A stretch of DNA of 64,000 nt, from positions 12,342 to 76,341 of the forward strand of contig JASLYJ010000004.1 in the NCBI GenBank assembly GCA_030739855.1, given 5' to 3'. The notes below the pieces were generated by a model. The model was not told the origin of the DNA and searched no databases. It was given only the letters and a program-made list of their open reading frames with translations. The stretch comes from Alphaproteobacteria bacterium. GTDB taxonomy: Bacteria > Pseudomonadota > Alphaproteobacteria > UBA11136. Position 1 is the stretch's first letter, and every line of letters starts with the position of its first letter. Below, in pieces: positions 27,441-36,551 of the stretch. The position numbers and the translations under genes were made by a program.

Positions 27441-29096
27441 TCACGGCATGCCATCCCCGTTGTCGTCGGTGAGACGGCCCTGGCAATCCACGCCCATGGT
27501 GATCACTTCCTCCAAGCGGGTGGAACAGGAGGCATCATAAACGGCTCCCGGCGCCTCGACGGCGAGGAAGGCGGCAAGCGCCCCCCTGCGCGATCCCCGC
27601 AACAGGGCGCAGGGATAGCCGGAAAGCACCTCGGGAAGATGGCGCGCACCGATCCAATCACGAAGCTCGCCGGTAGGCGAGGGGCTGGTAAAGATGTTGA
27701 GCCAGAAATCGTTCTCCGGCCTCAGCTCTTTCAATTGCTCCGAATAGGAAAATCCGCCGTGAAGATTGCCGCTGTAGAGGGCAAAGCTGAGGCTGGAGGA
27801 GGAATAGCCGTAGATGCGGGCGCAGGCGCCGAAGCGTTCATTATTCACGGCAAGCGCCGTCTCGCGCATCTCCCGGAACTCGCGGTCCGCCCTCGCCACT
27901 CCGAAGGCTTGGGAGATGGCGATCGCCGCCAGCAGCACCGGAAAGACGCGGGCAAACCGCCGCCGCAACCTGTCGCCGCCGAGGCCCAGCGCCGGGACCG
28001 TACGGTACATCAGGGCCCCGGAAAGGGCGGTCAGCATGTAGGCCGGGATCATGTAATGGGCAGAAAGCTGTTTGGCTATCATCAGCACCATGACCATCTG
28101 CGCCAGCACCACCCCTTGCAGCGCCTTCAATTCGGGTCCGGGTATGTCCGCGCCGCGCCACCGCGCCGCAAACAGGGTGAGCACGGCAAGAATGAAAGTG
28201 ATGCCGAACAGGGGCCGGGTGAACAGACGATAGATATTGCGGGGATAGTTTCCTGGATCGATGACGGTGGCGGCCCCGCCGCCATGGTGCTGGCTGCCCA
28301 GGAACAGCCTGATGATCCAGTCCGTGAACTGTTCATAGGCGCCCAGTGCCGGCAGGGTGAAGAGGAGAAAGGCGACAAGGGAGGCAACGGCGAAGGTGCC
28401 GATGGCCCGGCGCTGGCCGAGAAGGAAAAGCGGCAGCAGGAAAAGTGGCGCGAAGGTAACCTTGCAGGCCACGCCGAATCCAATGGCCACGCCGAAGGCG
28501 ATGGCGAAGTTCCCCCGGTTGGCCTCCATGGCGCCGGGGCGCAGCGCCAGAAGGACGACAATAACCAGCGCCATCGTCGCAAAAACTAACAGTGGCTCCG
28601 GCTTCAAGGCAACGGCGTGCCGGAGGATTTGCGAGGAAATGAAAGGGGCGGCCTGGACCATCACCACTGGCAGGATGTCCCGAAAGACGGCATAGCCCAC
28701 CACCCCGGCGGCAAATAGGACAGCGGCGTTGAGCCATGCCATCACCTGGGTGATGCGGTGCATATGGGCTTCGGGATCGGCCAGCACGGTATCGATGATA
28801 TGGGCGCCAGAAGCGGTGGGGTAGGTGGCCTTGAGCGCTAGGGCACCAAGCCACTGCACGGGCGTTCCGGGGTGGTCCACATGGCCCGGCGTGGTCAGGT
28901 TGAGGATTTTTAGGGCGTTGATGAGGTAGGCATAGTCGGGGTCGATGCTGTACCACATCCAGAACGGCCCGGCGCTCTCCCTCAGGACCAGGACGGTAGC
29001 GAGAAAACAGGCAGGAAGCACCAAAAGGGCGGCCAGGTTTTTGCCCCCATGAGGAGAGCTTGGAAGGGGAAAGAGATTTGAAAAAATGGACATCAT
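27441..29096 (-). CDS. Polytopic membrane protein, GT-C fold (ArnT/PMT_2-like) glycosyltransferase candidate
   Basis: 551 aa with about 11 hydrophobic helices. First-loop motif SIDPDYAYL...HVDHPGTPVQW resembles the DE..Y / hPPL motifs of GT39/GT83 enzymes. About 150 aa of soluble C-terminus. Confidence 0.6.
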   Translation of the reverse strand: MMSIFSNLFPLPSSPHGGKNLAALLVLPACFLATVLVLRESAGPFWMWYSIDPDYAYLINALKILNLTTPGHVDHPGTPVQWLGALALKATYPTASGAHIIDTVLADPEAHMHRITQVMAWLNAAVLFAAGVVGYAVFRDILPVVMVQAAPFISSQILRHAVALKPEPLLVFATMALVIVVLLALRPGAMEANRGNFAIAFGVAIGFGVACKVTFAPLFLLPLFLLGQRRAIGTFAVASLVAFLLFTLPALGAYEQFTDWIIRLFLGSQHHGGGAATVIDPGNYPRNIYRLFTRPLFGITFILAVLTLFAARWRGADIPGPELKALQGVVLAQMVMVLMIAKQLSAHYMIPAYMLTALSGALMYRTVPALGLGGDRLRRRFARVFPVLLAAIAISQAFGVARADREFREMRETALAVNNERFGACARIYGYSSSSLSFALYSGNLHGGFSYSEQLKELRPENDFWLNIFTSPSPTGELRDWIGARHLPEVLSGYPCALLRGSRRGALAAFLAVEAPGAVYDASCSTRLEEVITMGVDCQGRLTDDNGDGMP

Positions 29097-29124
29097 TTCT
29101 AGCCTCTGACCTCGCCGGTTGAGT

Positions 29125-30093
29125 TCAGCTTTTCACTTCGCCACTGGGCATGGTGGGAACGGCACGGTTGCGGCTGCAGAGCCAGATGACGCCACCGGGG
29201 AGCGCCGCGATCGTTACTCCCAGCCCAAACAGGACGGAGAGTACCAAGGCGCTTTCCTGGGACACGCCCACAAGGCCCATGGCGACGATCATGGCGCCTT
29301 CGCGCATGCCCCATCCGGCGATGGAAATGGGCAGGGTCATGGCGAGAATGACGGGGGGCACTAAGAAAAAACAGTCGAGAAAAAAAAGCTCGATTTCCAG
29401 TTCACCGGCCAGCACATAGACGATAACAATGCTGAGGACGTGCACCAGAAGCGACAGGGCCGCCACCGGCAGAAGGTTGTCCATGTTCAGGGTCAGTCTG
29501 CGAGCATCGGCGGCAAGATTGGCCAGTCCCCGCATCAGCCGCCAGTGCTGGATTCGCCGCGGCATGCGGTCGGCATGGAGAAGGGCGGCGAATCCCGCTA
29601 GGGAGGCTGCGATGAGCAGGGCATAGCTCAGGATGGCGGTCTCGTCGGTAACAAGCTCCATCACATAAGGCAGGCTGACGGCGATCAAAACCATCAGCGC
29701 CATTACCGCCGCGAGACGGTCGAGAAAGATGCTGTTGACGGATTTTCCCAGAGGATTACCCCAGCGCACGATGGTCCACAGGCGGAAGGCGTCGCCGCCG
29801 ACACTGGAAACCAGGGTGGTGTTGAAAAAGGTGGCGATCCACACGGTGCGGACGATACGGGGAAAGGAGAGACCGTCGCCAATACCAACTAGACGCATAA
29901 GGATGCCCCAACGCCACGCCACAAGAGCCATCTGAACCAAGAAAAGGATAATGGCGAGCACAACTGTCATCACATCCACCCGGCGCAGGTCCTCCATAGC
30001 CGCGCCAAGGTCAGACTTTCCCACGAAATACCAGATCAGCGCCCCCGAGAGGGCGATCTTCAGAGCCAACAGCCCCCAGGTCTTCATGCGCAT
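29125..30093 (-). CDS. UPF0104 / lysylphosphatidylglycerol-synthase-TM-like (flippase-like) membrane protein
   Basis: MKTWGLLALKIALSGALIWYFVGKSDL is the typical family N-terminus. About 8 TM helices. The start is 12 nt after the bioB stop. Confidence 0.7.
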   Translation of the reverse strand: MRMKTWGLLALKIALSGALIWYFVGKSDLGAAMEDLRRVDVMTVVLAIILFLVQMALVAWRWGILMRLVGIGDGLSFPRIVRTVWIATFFNTTLVSSVGGDAFRLWTIVRWGNPLGKSVNSIFLDRLAAVMALMVLIAVSLPYVMELVTDETAILSYALLIAASLAGFAALLHADRMPRRIQHWRLMRGLANLAADARRLTLNMDNLLPVAALSLLVHVLSIVIVYVLAGELEIELFFLDCFFLVPPVILAMTLPISIAGWGMREGAMIVAMGLVGVSQESALVLSVLFGLGVTIAALPGGVIWLCSRNRAVPTMPSGEVKS

Positions 30094-30105
30094 GACCTTT
30101 CGCCT

Positions 30106-31098
30106 TTATGCAGCGGAGGTGGCCGGGGTGGGCTTGTCCACGTCGGGAGGAAGCGGGGAAAGGCCCAGTTCCCGCAACAGGCGGCGGTCTTCCTCGCACT
30201 CGGTGTTGGCCGTGGTGAGCAGCTTTTCGCCGTAAAAAATGGAATTGGCTCCGGCCAGGAAACACAATACCTGAGCCTCGCGGCTCAACTGGTGGCGGCC
30301 CGCGCTCAGCCGTACGCGGGATTCCGGCATTAGAATGCGCGCCGTGGCGCACATGCGTACCAGATCGAGCGGATCCACCGGCGGCCTGTTCTCCAGCGGC
30401 GTGCCGACCACCGCTACCAGCGCGTTGATGGGCACGCTTTCGGGATGGGGGTCGAGGCCGGCCAGGATTTCCAGCATGCGGGCGCGGTCACGGTCGCTTT
30501 CGCCCATGCCGATAATACCGCCCACACACAGGGAAATTCCTGCCTCTCGCACATGGCGCAGGGTCTCCATGCGGTCCTCAAAATCACGGGTGGAAATGAT
30601 TTTGTTGTAATATTCGGGGCTGGTATCGAGGTTGTGATTATAGGCGGTGAGTCCGGCCTCAGCTAGACGCCTGGCTTGGTCTTGGCTCAGCATACCCAAC
30701 GTCACGCAGGTCTCCATTCCCAGCGCGCCTACGCCACGCACCATGTTGAGAACCCGGTCGAATTCTTCGCCGTCATGCACCTGCCGCCAGGCCGCGCCCA
30801 TGCAGAAACGTGAGGCCCCGAGTTCCCTGGCCTTGCGGGCGGTGTCGAGCACCTGGTCATAGGCCATAAGGTCGCCATTGCCCACATTGGTAGAGTGGTG
30901 GACCGATTGCGGGCAGTAATTGCAATCCTCGGAGCAGCCGCCCGTCTTCAGACTCAATAGGCTTGCCAGCTGCACCGAATCGTTCCCATGATGGTCGCTG
31001 TGGATGGTCCGGGCCCGTTGCACGAGATCAAGAAGGGGCGATTGCAGAATCGCAAGAGTCTCTTCGGTAGACCAGTCGTGACGGATGGCGTCGCTCAT
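30106..31098 (-). CDS. bioB: Biotin synthase
   Basis: Radical-SAM [26 protein letters not shown] 31098 gives the usual N-terminus ([13 protein letters not shown]). The ORF is open to 31281, but that extension has no family similarity. Confidence 0.92.
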   Translation of the reverse strand: MSDAIRHDWSTEETLAILQSPLLDLVQRARTIHSDHHGNDSVQLASLLSLKTGGCSEDCNYCPQSVHHSTNVGNGDLMAYDQVLDTARKARELGASRFCMGAAWRQVHDGEEFDRVLNMVRGVGALGMETCVTLGMLSQDQARRLAEAGLTAYNHNLDTSPEYYNKIISTRDFEDRMETLRHVREAGISLCVGGIIGMGESDRDRARMLEILAGLDPHPESVPINALVAVVGTPLENRPPVDPLDLVRMCATARILMPESRVRLSAGRHQLSREAQVLCFLAGANSIFYGEKLLTTANTECEEDRRLLRELGLSPLPPDVDKPTPATSAA

Positions 31099-31310
31099 AA
31101 CTTGGAGGGTCGATTCCGGTGAAAGCAGGTTGTGATGACCATGGAAGAGCAAGTGCCGTAGCGCGTCTCTATATGGGGGCACCATATCTCCATGGACCAG
31201 TCCCGGCAATCCATCATTACGGCATATTGTTTTGCGGTTGAAGGAAGAGAGATTTCCTAACATTATGGATTTAAATTCCACAGGTTAACGCAGGAACGGG
31301 AATCCCGACT

Positions 31311-33095
31311 GTGCCGCAAAACCAACCTTTAGCCACATGGCCAGAGCGTGCCCTACAGGTTCTTCGTGAGCTGGGATGGTCGCGGGTCGAACTTGCCAGG
31401 AAGAGCGGCATCTCCAAGGAAAGCATTTACAAGTATCTGGCCGGTAGCATCGACAAACCACGGGGCGATAACCTGCGCGCTATCTCCCAGGCCCTGGGCG
31501 TTAACGAAGTCTGGCTCACATTCGGTAAGGGAGAAAAACTGGTGAGCCGAGTGTCCCCACTGTCCCGTGAAGACGTCTCCCCCCATGACGCGATGGCCGA
31601 GGCGGTTCTGCTAACCGTGGGGGAAATGTACCGGGCCGACGCTATGGCCATTAAAGCTGGGATTTCCAGTCTCGATCTGATGGAAGCAGCGGGCACTGCC
31701 GTTGCCCGCGAGATTACCCAGCGTTGGGGAAAAACTCAGGTGCTGATCTTGTGCGGACCAGGCAATAACGGTGGTGATGGATTTGTAGTGGCGCGCCTGC
31801 TTGCGGCTGAGGGATGGCCCGTGCGCTTGGCCCTTATGGGAGAGAAGGAAAAACTCACCGGTGATGCTACCGTCAATGCTGGGCGCTGGCAGGGGCCGGT
31901 GGTTCGCCTCGATGAAGACCTCTTCGAGACTTCTACAAAAGATGGTGAGTTGGTGGTGGACGCCCTGTTTGGGGCCGGGCTAACTCGGCCACTAGAAGGA
32001 GTAGCAGCTTGGGTTGTGGGAACAGTGGGACGGCGGAGTCTTCCCGTGGTCGCCGTGGACATGCCTAGTGGGGTGCATGGCGATAGCGGACTCGTTCTGG
32101 GAGGTAAGGACGGGGGAGTGGCGCCGCAGGCACAGCTTACGGTGACGTTTTTCCGCCGCAAACCGGGTCATCTTCAGTTTCCAGGCCGCCGCTTGTGCGG
32201 CGAGGTGGTGACGGTGGATATCGGTACCCCAGTGACGGTTCTTGAGGAGATCTCCCCAAGGCAATACGAAAACGGCCCTGCTCTATGGCGCGATCGGTTC
32301 CCGGTTCCTACGGCCGAGGATCACAAATATACGCGGGGTCACACCGTAGTCATGGGTGGGGCGCAAATGACGGGTGCGGCACGGTTGGCGGCGCGGGCTT
32401 CCCTACGCGCTGGAGCCGGGCTGGTAAGTCTTGCCTGCTCTACCGAGGCGTGGCCGGTTTATGCCACCACCACCCCCGGCACTCTTGTTGTTCCCCTCTC
32501 TGGCTCTGGTTCTCTCTCTGGCCTATTAGCTGATGATCGTAAGAATCTTTACCTTCTGGGGCCTGGCAACGGCATCAGCGGTGAGACCCGAGCACGAGTG
32601 TTGGCGGTAATGGAGGCAGAGCGGCCCTGTGTTCTTGACGCTGACGCCCTCAGCGTATTCGCGGAGTCACCGGAAGTTTTATTCGATTCCATCCGTTCGC
32701 CATGTGTACTAACCCCCCATGAGGGTGAGTTCCGCCGCCTGTTCGGAGATACGAAAGGGGAAGGAAAGTTGGTGCGGGTGAGAGCAGCGGCCCAGCGCAG
32801 CGGTGCCGTGGTTCTTCTCAAGGGGGCCGATACGGTGATAGCCGACCCTCAGGGTAACGCTGTCATCAACAGCAATGCTCCGCCGTGGCTAGCGACGGCG
32901 GGGGCCGGTGACGTGTTGGCAGGGTTTATCGCCGGGCTCATGGCCCAGGGCATGCAGCCCTTCGCCGCCGCCTGTGCCGGTGCCTGGTTGCATGGGGCCG
33001 CTGCTACGTCTTTCGGTCCCGGCCTTATTGCCGAGGATCTTCCGGACCTGCTGCCGCCGGTCCTATGCGATCTGCTTACACGGGACGTGCTCTGA
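31311..33095 (+). CDS. nnr: Bifunctional NAD(P)H-hydrate repair enzyme Nnr (epimerase + ADP-dependent dehydratase) with an in-frame N-terminal XRE-type HTH domain
   Basis: Residues 1-75: LRELGWSRVELARKSGISKESIYKYLAGS..LRAISQALGVNEVWLTFGKGE (Cro/C1 HTH). From Met95 (31593): LLTVGEMYRADAMAIKAGISSLDLMEAAG, CGPGNNGGDGFV (YjeF-N), and GAGDVLAG (carbohydrate-kinase C-domain). No stop codon lies between the two parts. Confidence 0.85.
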   Translation: MPQNQPLATWPERALQVLRELGWSRVELARKSGISKESIYKYLAGSIDKPRGDNLRAISQALGVNEVWLTFGKGEKLVSRVSPLSREDVSPHDAMAEAVLLTVGEMYRADAMAIKAGISSLDLMEAAGTAVAREITQRWGKTQVLILCGPGNNGGDGFVVARLLAAEGWPVRLALMGEKEKLTGDATVNAGRWQGPVVRLDEDLFETSTKDGELVVDALFGAGLTRPLEGVAAWVVGTVGRRSLPVVAVDMPSGVHGDSGLVLGGKDGGVAPQAQLTVTFFRRKPGHLQFPGRRLCGEVVTVDIGTPVTVLEEISPRQYENGPALWRDRFPVPTAEDHKYTRGHTVVMGGAQMTGAARLAARASLRAGAGLVSLACSTEAWPVYATTTPGTLVVPLSGSGSLSGLLADDRKNLYLLGPGNGISGETRARVLAVMEAERPCVLDADALSVFAESPEVLFDSIRSPCVLTPHEGEFRRLFGDTKGEGKLVRVRAAAQRSGAVVLLKGADTVIADPQGNAVINSNAPPWLATAGAGDVLAGFIAGLMAQGMQPFAAACAGAWLHGAAATSFGPGLIAEDLPDLLPPVLCDLLTRDVL

Positions 33096-33175
33096 GCCTG
33101 GGACTTTTTGATAGGTTGATAGGATGAATAATCCGATTGCGTATCAAGCTATGAAGCTACTTTGTTATCATTCTC

Positions 33176-33257
33176 AATTGCTTATATATCGTTATGTAAC
33201 TTAATAAAAAACTTAATAAAATGTGATTTGGTAGGTTTAGTTAGGGAATTGCTTATA
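33176..33257. repeat. Repeat-structured A+T-rich spacer
   Basis: AATTGCTTATA occurs at 33176-33186 and 33247-33257. These flank a perfect 12-bp tandem AACTTAATAAAA x2 (33198-33221). TTGATAGG x2 lies at 33108-33123. Confidence 0.8.
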
Positions 33258-33299
33258 GGGTACGCAGCTGTTACTCTTTAGCGTAAGGGAGACGTCCGG

Positions 33300-33313
33300 G
33301 ACTTCGCGGGCGT
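33300..33313. repeat. Left copy of a 14-nt direct repeat GACTTCGCGGGCGT
   Basis: Identical 14-mer at 33898-33911, where it covers -6 to +8 of tRNA-Leu. Flanking CCGGG is also shared. Confidence 0.7.
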
Positions 33314-33335
33314 TTACCAAAAAAAGGGGGGAGTA

Positions 33336-33593
33336 ATGCGGTTTGGTCGAGGATTTTTGGGCCGGAGTGCGGAGTTAGCAAGTGAGGACATAACGCCGGG
33401 GGCGGTATTTTGCAAAAGTGCTACTAAAGGTGATCTTATGGAGGTTGCAAAGGTCCTTTCTGTGTGTAGAAATCGTGGCATTCCCCATGTTCGTTTTGAG
33501 GTGGGCTACAAACATCCTTCGTTCCGCTCATTCCGTGATTTTAGGGTTCTCGCCTTATCTTCCTTCTCTCGCCAGTACCCCGATCGTCTGTAA
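33336..33593 (+). CDS. Hypothetical 85-aa protein (orphan)
   Basis: The ATG lies 4 nt after GGGGGGAG. An intrinsic terminator follows 33 nt after the stop. I recognise no family, and third-position composition is more A/T-rich than in neighbouring genes. Confidence 0.45.
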   Translation: MRFGRGFLGRSAELASEDITPGAVFCKSATKGDLMEVAKVLSVCRNRGIPHVRFEVGYKHPSFRSFRDFRVLALSSFSRQYPDRL

Positions 33594-33625
33594 GGCATTG
33601 AAGTTCCGTAATTTTTTCAACCTGT

Positions 33626-33647
33626 GCGGCGTTTTGCCGCTTTTTTT
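33626..33647 (+). terminator. Intrinsic terminator
   Basis: GCGGC-GTTTT-GCCGC followed by TTTTTTT. Confidence 0.65.
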
Positions 33648-33897
33648 GTGGAGGGGATAACCTCCTAAAGTCTCGCCGGCAACCTCCTTAGTTTCTTAGT
33701 CTGGATCTTCTTAACGCCAAGTGCTTTGCGTGGTGCTTGATGGCTTTCTGAATCCACGGTGCTGCGGGGCGACTTCTTGTCCCCCGGATTCCTCCTATGT
33801 TATAGAGGGTCCGCATTTTCAGGGCCGACGGACGCAATTGTCGGTTGCAGGGATCTGCCTCGAGGGAGCTTGCACATTCGTTCGTGTCTCCGGGGCC

Positions 33898-33911
33898 GAC
33901 TTCGCGGGCGT
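33898..33911. repeat. Right copy of the 14-nt direct repeat
   Basis: GACTTCGCGGGCGT overlapping the 5' end of tRNA-Leu. Confidence 0.7.
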
Positions 33912-33988
33912 GGCGGAACTGGTAGACGCGCTGGCTTTAGGTGCCAGTGGAGCAATCCTTGGGGGTTCGATTCCCTCCGCCCGCACCA
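33904..33988 (+). tRNA. tRNA-Leu (TAG)
   Basis: Acceptor GCGGGCG/CGCCCGC. Anticodon loop TTTAGGT. Long variable arm. GGTTCGATTCC. Encoded CCA. Confidence 0.95.
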
Positions 33989-34095
33989 ACATTCCCGAGA
34001 GGCTGACCCCAAGTTTTCAATCCTTATTTTATAAATCAATATTCATTTGTAACTTATTATATTTAATGTAAAAATATTAACTGAGATAAGGACAA

Positions 34096-35508
34096 ATGCA
34101 GACAACAGAAGCACAGGTAACAGAAGTCAAGTCGGAAGGACTGTCCCGTGAATTCAAAGTTGTGGTTCCCGCCCAAGAGTTGGACCGCCAGTTGGAGTTG
34201 CGCCTTCAGGAAATAGGTAGGACAGCGAAAATCCCTGGATTCCGTCAAGGCAAGGTGCCCGTGGACATGCTGAAGAAGCGTTACGCCTCCTCAGTCATGG
34301 GCGACATCCTCGAATCCACCGTCAGCACAAGTTCCCAGCGTGCTATGGAGGACAGGCAGCTTCGCCCTGCCAGCCAGCCAAAAATCGAGATCACCTCTTA
34401 CGAGGATGGCACTGACCTTGAATACAACATGGTGCTGGAAGTGATGCCCGAGATTCCCAATCTCAATCTGGCCGAGCTGTCTCTGGACCGCCTCTACGCG
34501 GAGCCTGACGAGGAAAAGGTGACAGAGGGCCTTAAGGAACTGGCCATGGTCCACAAACGCTTTGAGCCAGCCAAAGCTTCGGAGAAGGCAAAAATTGGCG
34601 ATCAAATCCTGTTCGACTATGTGGGGAAGATCGATGGCGCGGTCTTCGACGGCGGATCGGGCGAAAACGAAGAGATCGAACTCGGCTCGGGACGTTTCAT
34701 TCCCGGCTACGAGGAACAGATGACGGACGCGGCGGCTGGTGACGAACTAAAGGTCAAAGTGGTGTTCCCAGAAACCTATCACGTGCCAAAAGTGGCCGGA
34801 AAAACGGCCGTCTTCGATGTCAGCGTAAAGGAAGTGCGCAAACCCATCCCTATCGCCGTGGATGACGAGCTGGCCAAGGACTTGGATTTGGAAAACTTGG
34901 CGGAACTCAGGAAGATGGTAACGGGGCGGCTCGAGCGTGAATATGAGGAAATTGCCCGTATCCGCCTAAAACGGGTCATCTCAGACATCTTGGTGGAGAA
35001 ATGTAGGATTGATCTTCCTGAAGGTATGGTGGAGGACGAGTTCCAGTCTTTTTGGGATAAGCATGAGGAAGCGAGAAAAGCCGACGGAGAGCAGGCCGCA
35101 GACAAAAAAGACGAGGAGGCCAAACGTGCAGAAATCCGCGTCGCCGCCGAACGGCGCATTCTCCTCGCCCTAGTCCTAGCGGAGTTAGGCCACCGCAATA
35201 ACATCAAAGTGGAAGAGGCGGAAGTCATGAAAGCTATGCAAGCAGAGGCCGCCCGCTATCCCGGACAGGAACAGCAGGTGATTAGTCATTACCAGCAGAA
35301 CCCCCAGATGATTCAAGGCTTCCGCACCCAGATATACGAAGAAAAGGTTCTTGACTTCATCGTTGAAATGGCAGAGGTGACGGACCGCAAAGTAGATTTA
35401 AAGGAACTGATTGCTCTGCCAAACGGGTCGGATGTGACCAAGTCCACCGCCAAATCCAAGACGAAAAAAAAGGTTGTCACCCAGGGTAAAACCACGAAGA
35501 AAAAATAA
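34096..35508 (+). CDS. tig: Trigger factor
   Basis: [25 protein letters not shown] and [12 protein letters not shown]-type PPIase middle domain: [22 protein letters not shown]. Confidence 0.95.
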   Translation: MQTTEAQVTEVKSEGLSREFKVVVPAQELDRQLELRLQEIGRTAKIPGFRQGKVPVDMLKKRYASSVMGDILESTVSTSSQRAMEDRQLRPASQPKIEITSYEDGTDLEYNMVLEVMPEIPNLNLAELSLDRLYAEPDEEKVTEGLKELAMVHKRFEPAKASEKAKIGDQILFDYVGKIDGAVFDGGSGENEEIELGSGRFIPGYEEQMTDAAAGDELKVKVVFPETYHVPKVAGKTAVFDVSVKEVRKPIPIAVDDELAKDLDLENLAELRKMVTGRLEREYEEIARIRLKRVISDILVEKCRIDLPEGMVEDEFQSFWDKHEEARKADGEQAADKKDEEAKRAEIRVAAERRILLALVLAELGHRNNIKVEEAEVMKAMQAEAARYPGQEQQVISHYQQNPQMIQGFRTQIYEEKVLDFIVEMAEVTDRKVDLKELIALPNGSDVTKSTAKSKTKKKVVTQGKTTKKK

Positions 35509-35570
35509 CTGCAACAAGCCCTTCCCAGAGCAAGGATATTTCTGAGGTCGGTGCTAGGAGTTTGCAACCT

Positions 35571-36233
35571 ATGAATGACTCAACTGACTCGATGGATGTT
35601 TACATGAACACGCTCGTACCCATGGTGGTGGAGCAGACCAATCGCGGTGAACGCGCCTACGATATCTATTCCCGCCTTCTCAAAGAACGGATCATCTTTC
35701 TCACCGGCGCTGTTTCTGACGGCGTGGCTAGCTTGGTCTGCGCCCAGCTGCTCTACCTAGAATCGGAGAACCCCAAAAAGGACATCGCCTTCTATGTCAA
35801 TTCCCCGGGCGGAGGCGTCACGTCGGGTTTGGCTATTTACGACACCATGCAGTACATCCGCCCCGACGTCAGCACCCTATGCATCGGCCAGGCAGCATCC
35901 ATGGGATCGATGCTTCTCGCTGCTGGCGCTGCGGGGAAGCGGTATTGCTTGCCCCACAGCCGCATTATGGTTCATCAGCCCTCCGGCGGGGTCCAGGGGC
36001 AGGCCGCCGATATTGAGATCCATGCCAGAGAAATTCTCGCTCTACGCGCCCGGCTCAACCAGATCTACGTCACTCATACCGGCCAAACCCTAGAGGCGAT
36101 CGAGGAGGCTATGGATCGAGACAAATTTTTGTCCGCTGAAGAGGCTAAGGAATTTGGCTTGGTAGATGAGGTGGTTGATCACCGTCCCGAGCTAAGCGAG
36201 GATGAAAAACAAGAAGAAGAGGAAAAAGAATAA
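35571..36233 (+). CDS. clpP: ATP-dependent Clp protease proteolytic subunit
   Basis: [30 protein letters not shown]. Active site GQAASMGS and HQP. Acidic C-terminal tail. The ORF opens at TTG 35562. Confidence 0.95.
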   Translation: MNDSTDSMDVYMNTLVPMVVEQTNRGERAYDIYSRLLKERIIFLTGAVSDGVASLVCAQLLYLESENPKKDIAFYVNSPGGGVTSGLAIYDTMQYIRPDVSTLCIGQAASMGSMLLAAGAAGKRYCLPHSRIMVHQPSGGVQGQAADIEIHAREILALRARLNQIYVTHTGQTLEAIEEAMDRDKFLSAEEAKEFGLVDEVVDHRPELSEDEKQEEEEKE

Positions 36234-36551
36234 GGGAAGGGGTCCGGTCTTACCAAGGTGCTCTGAAAGATTCTTAGAAATATTCTCATTCTGGCATTAG
36301 CCATTCCCTGAGTTCTCCTTTCTCATTCAGAGGCCCCGAGTGTTGTCACAAACAGAAGACACGATCAAACGCAGCGGGTGTCGAACTAAATCTCCCCCTG
36401 CCGGGCATGGTTCCGCCCTTTTCACGTGGGGCGGCAGGAGAAAGCTGGACTTTTTTGACGGGTTTTGTTGTATGTCACCTGTCCAACTTGGTAACATACC
36501 TGTCAAGGACCGAGCCCGAATCAAATTCAATGAGGTCTGTGCGGAGAGGAT

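Noticed and set aside
27267-28589. 440-aa plus-strand ORF, the longest unexplained ORF in the track.
   Set aside because: It is antisense to the well-behaved polytopic GT-C gene. Its Arg/Gly/Pro/Ala-rich, low-complexity translation is typical of a shadow frame in G+C-rich coding DNA. I see no recognisable motif and no RBS.
31099-31281. 61-codon N-terminal extension of the bioB ORF, which would leave only 29 bp to the divergent nnr start.
   Set aside because: The extension ([24 protein letters not shown]...) has no BioB similarity. Canonical BioB begins at the Met at 31098. A ~210-bp divergent promoter region is more plausible. No strong RBS supports either start, so this remains uncertain.
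33198-33221. Possible CtrA box (TTAA-N7-TTAA) in the AACTTAATAAAA tandem repeat.
   Set aside because: The spacing between the TTAA half-sites is 8 nt, not 7.
33661-33796. Three CCTCCT motifs (33661, 33683, 33791) reminiscent of anti-SD CCUCCUCCC sRNAs (cuckoo/CcsR type) that follow small ORFs in some alphaproteobacteria.
   Set aside because: The motifs are shorter than the family signature. At least the first sits in a stem (GGAGG...CCTCC) rather than a loop. The upstream small ORF does not look like DUF1127. No terminator follows them before tRNA-Leu.
36234-36551. 318-bp clpP-clpX spacer with a 71-aa plus ORF (36340-36555), a 168-aa minus ORF and nested hairpins (CTGCCG..CCGCCC..GGGCGG..CAG).
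   Set aside because: The ORFs have no recognisable motifs, and the minus ORF overlaps clpX. The hairpin lacks a proper U-tract. I could not assign a sigma32 or other promoter with correct spacing.
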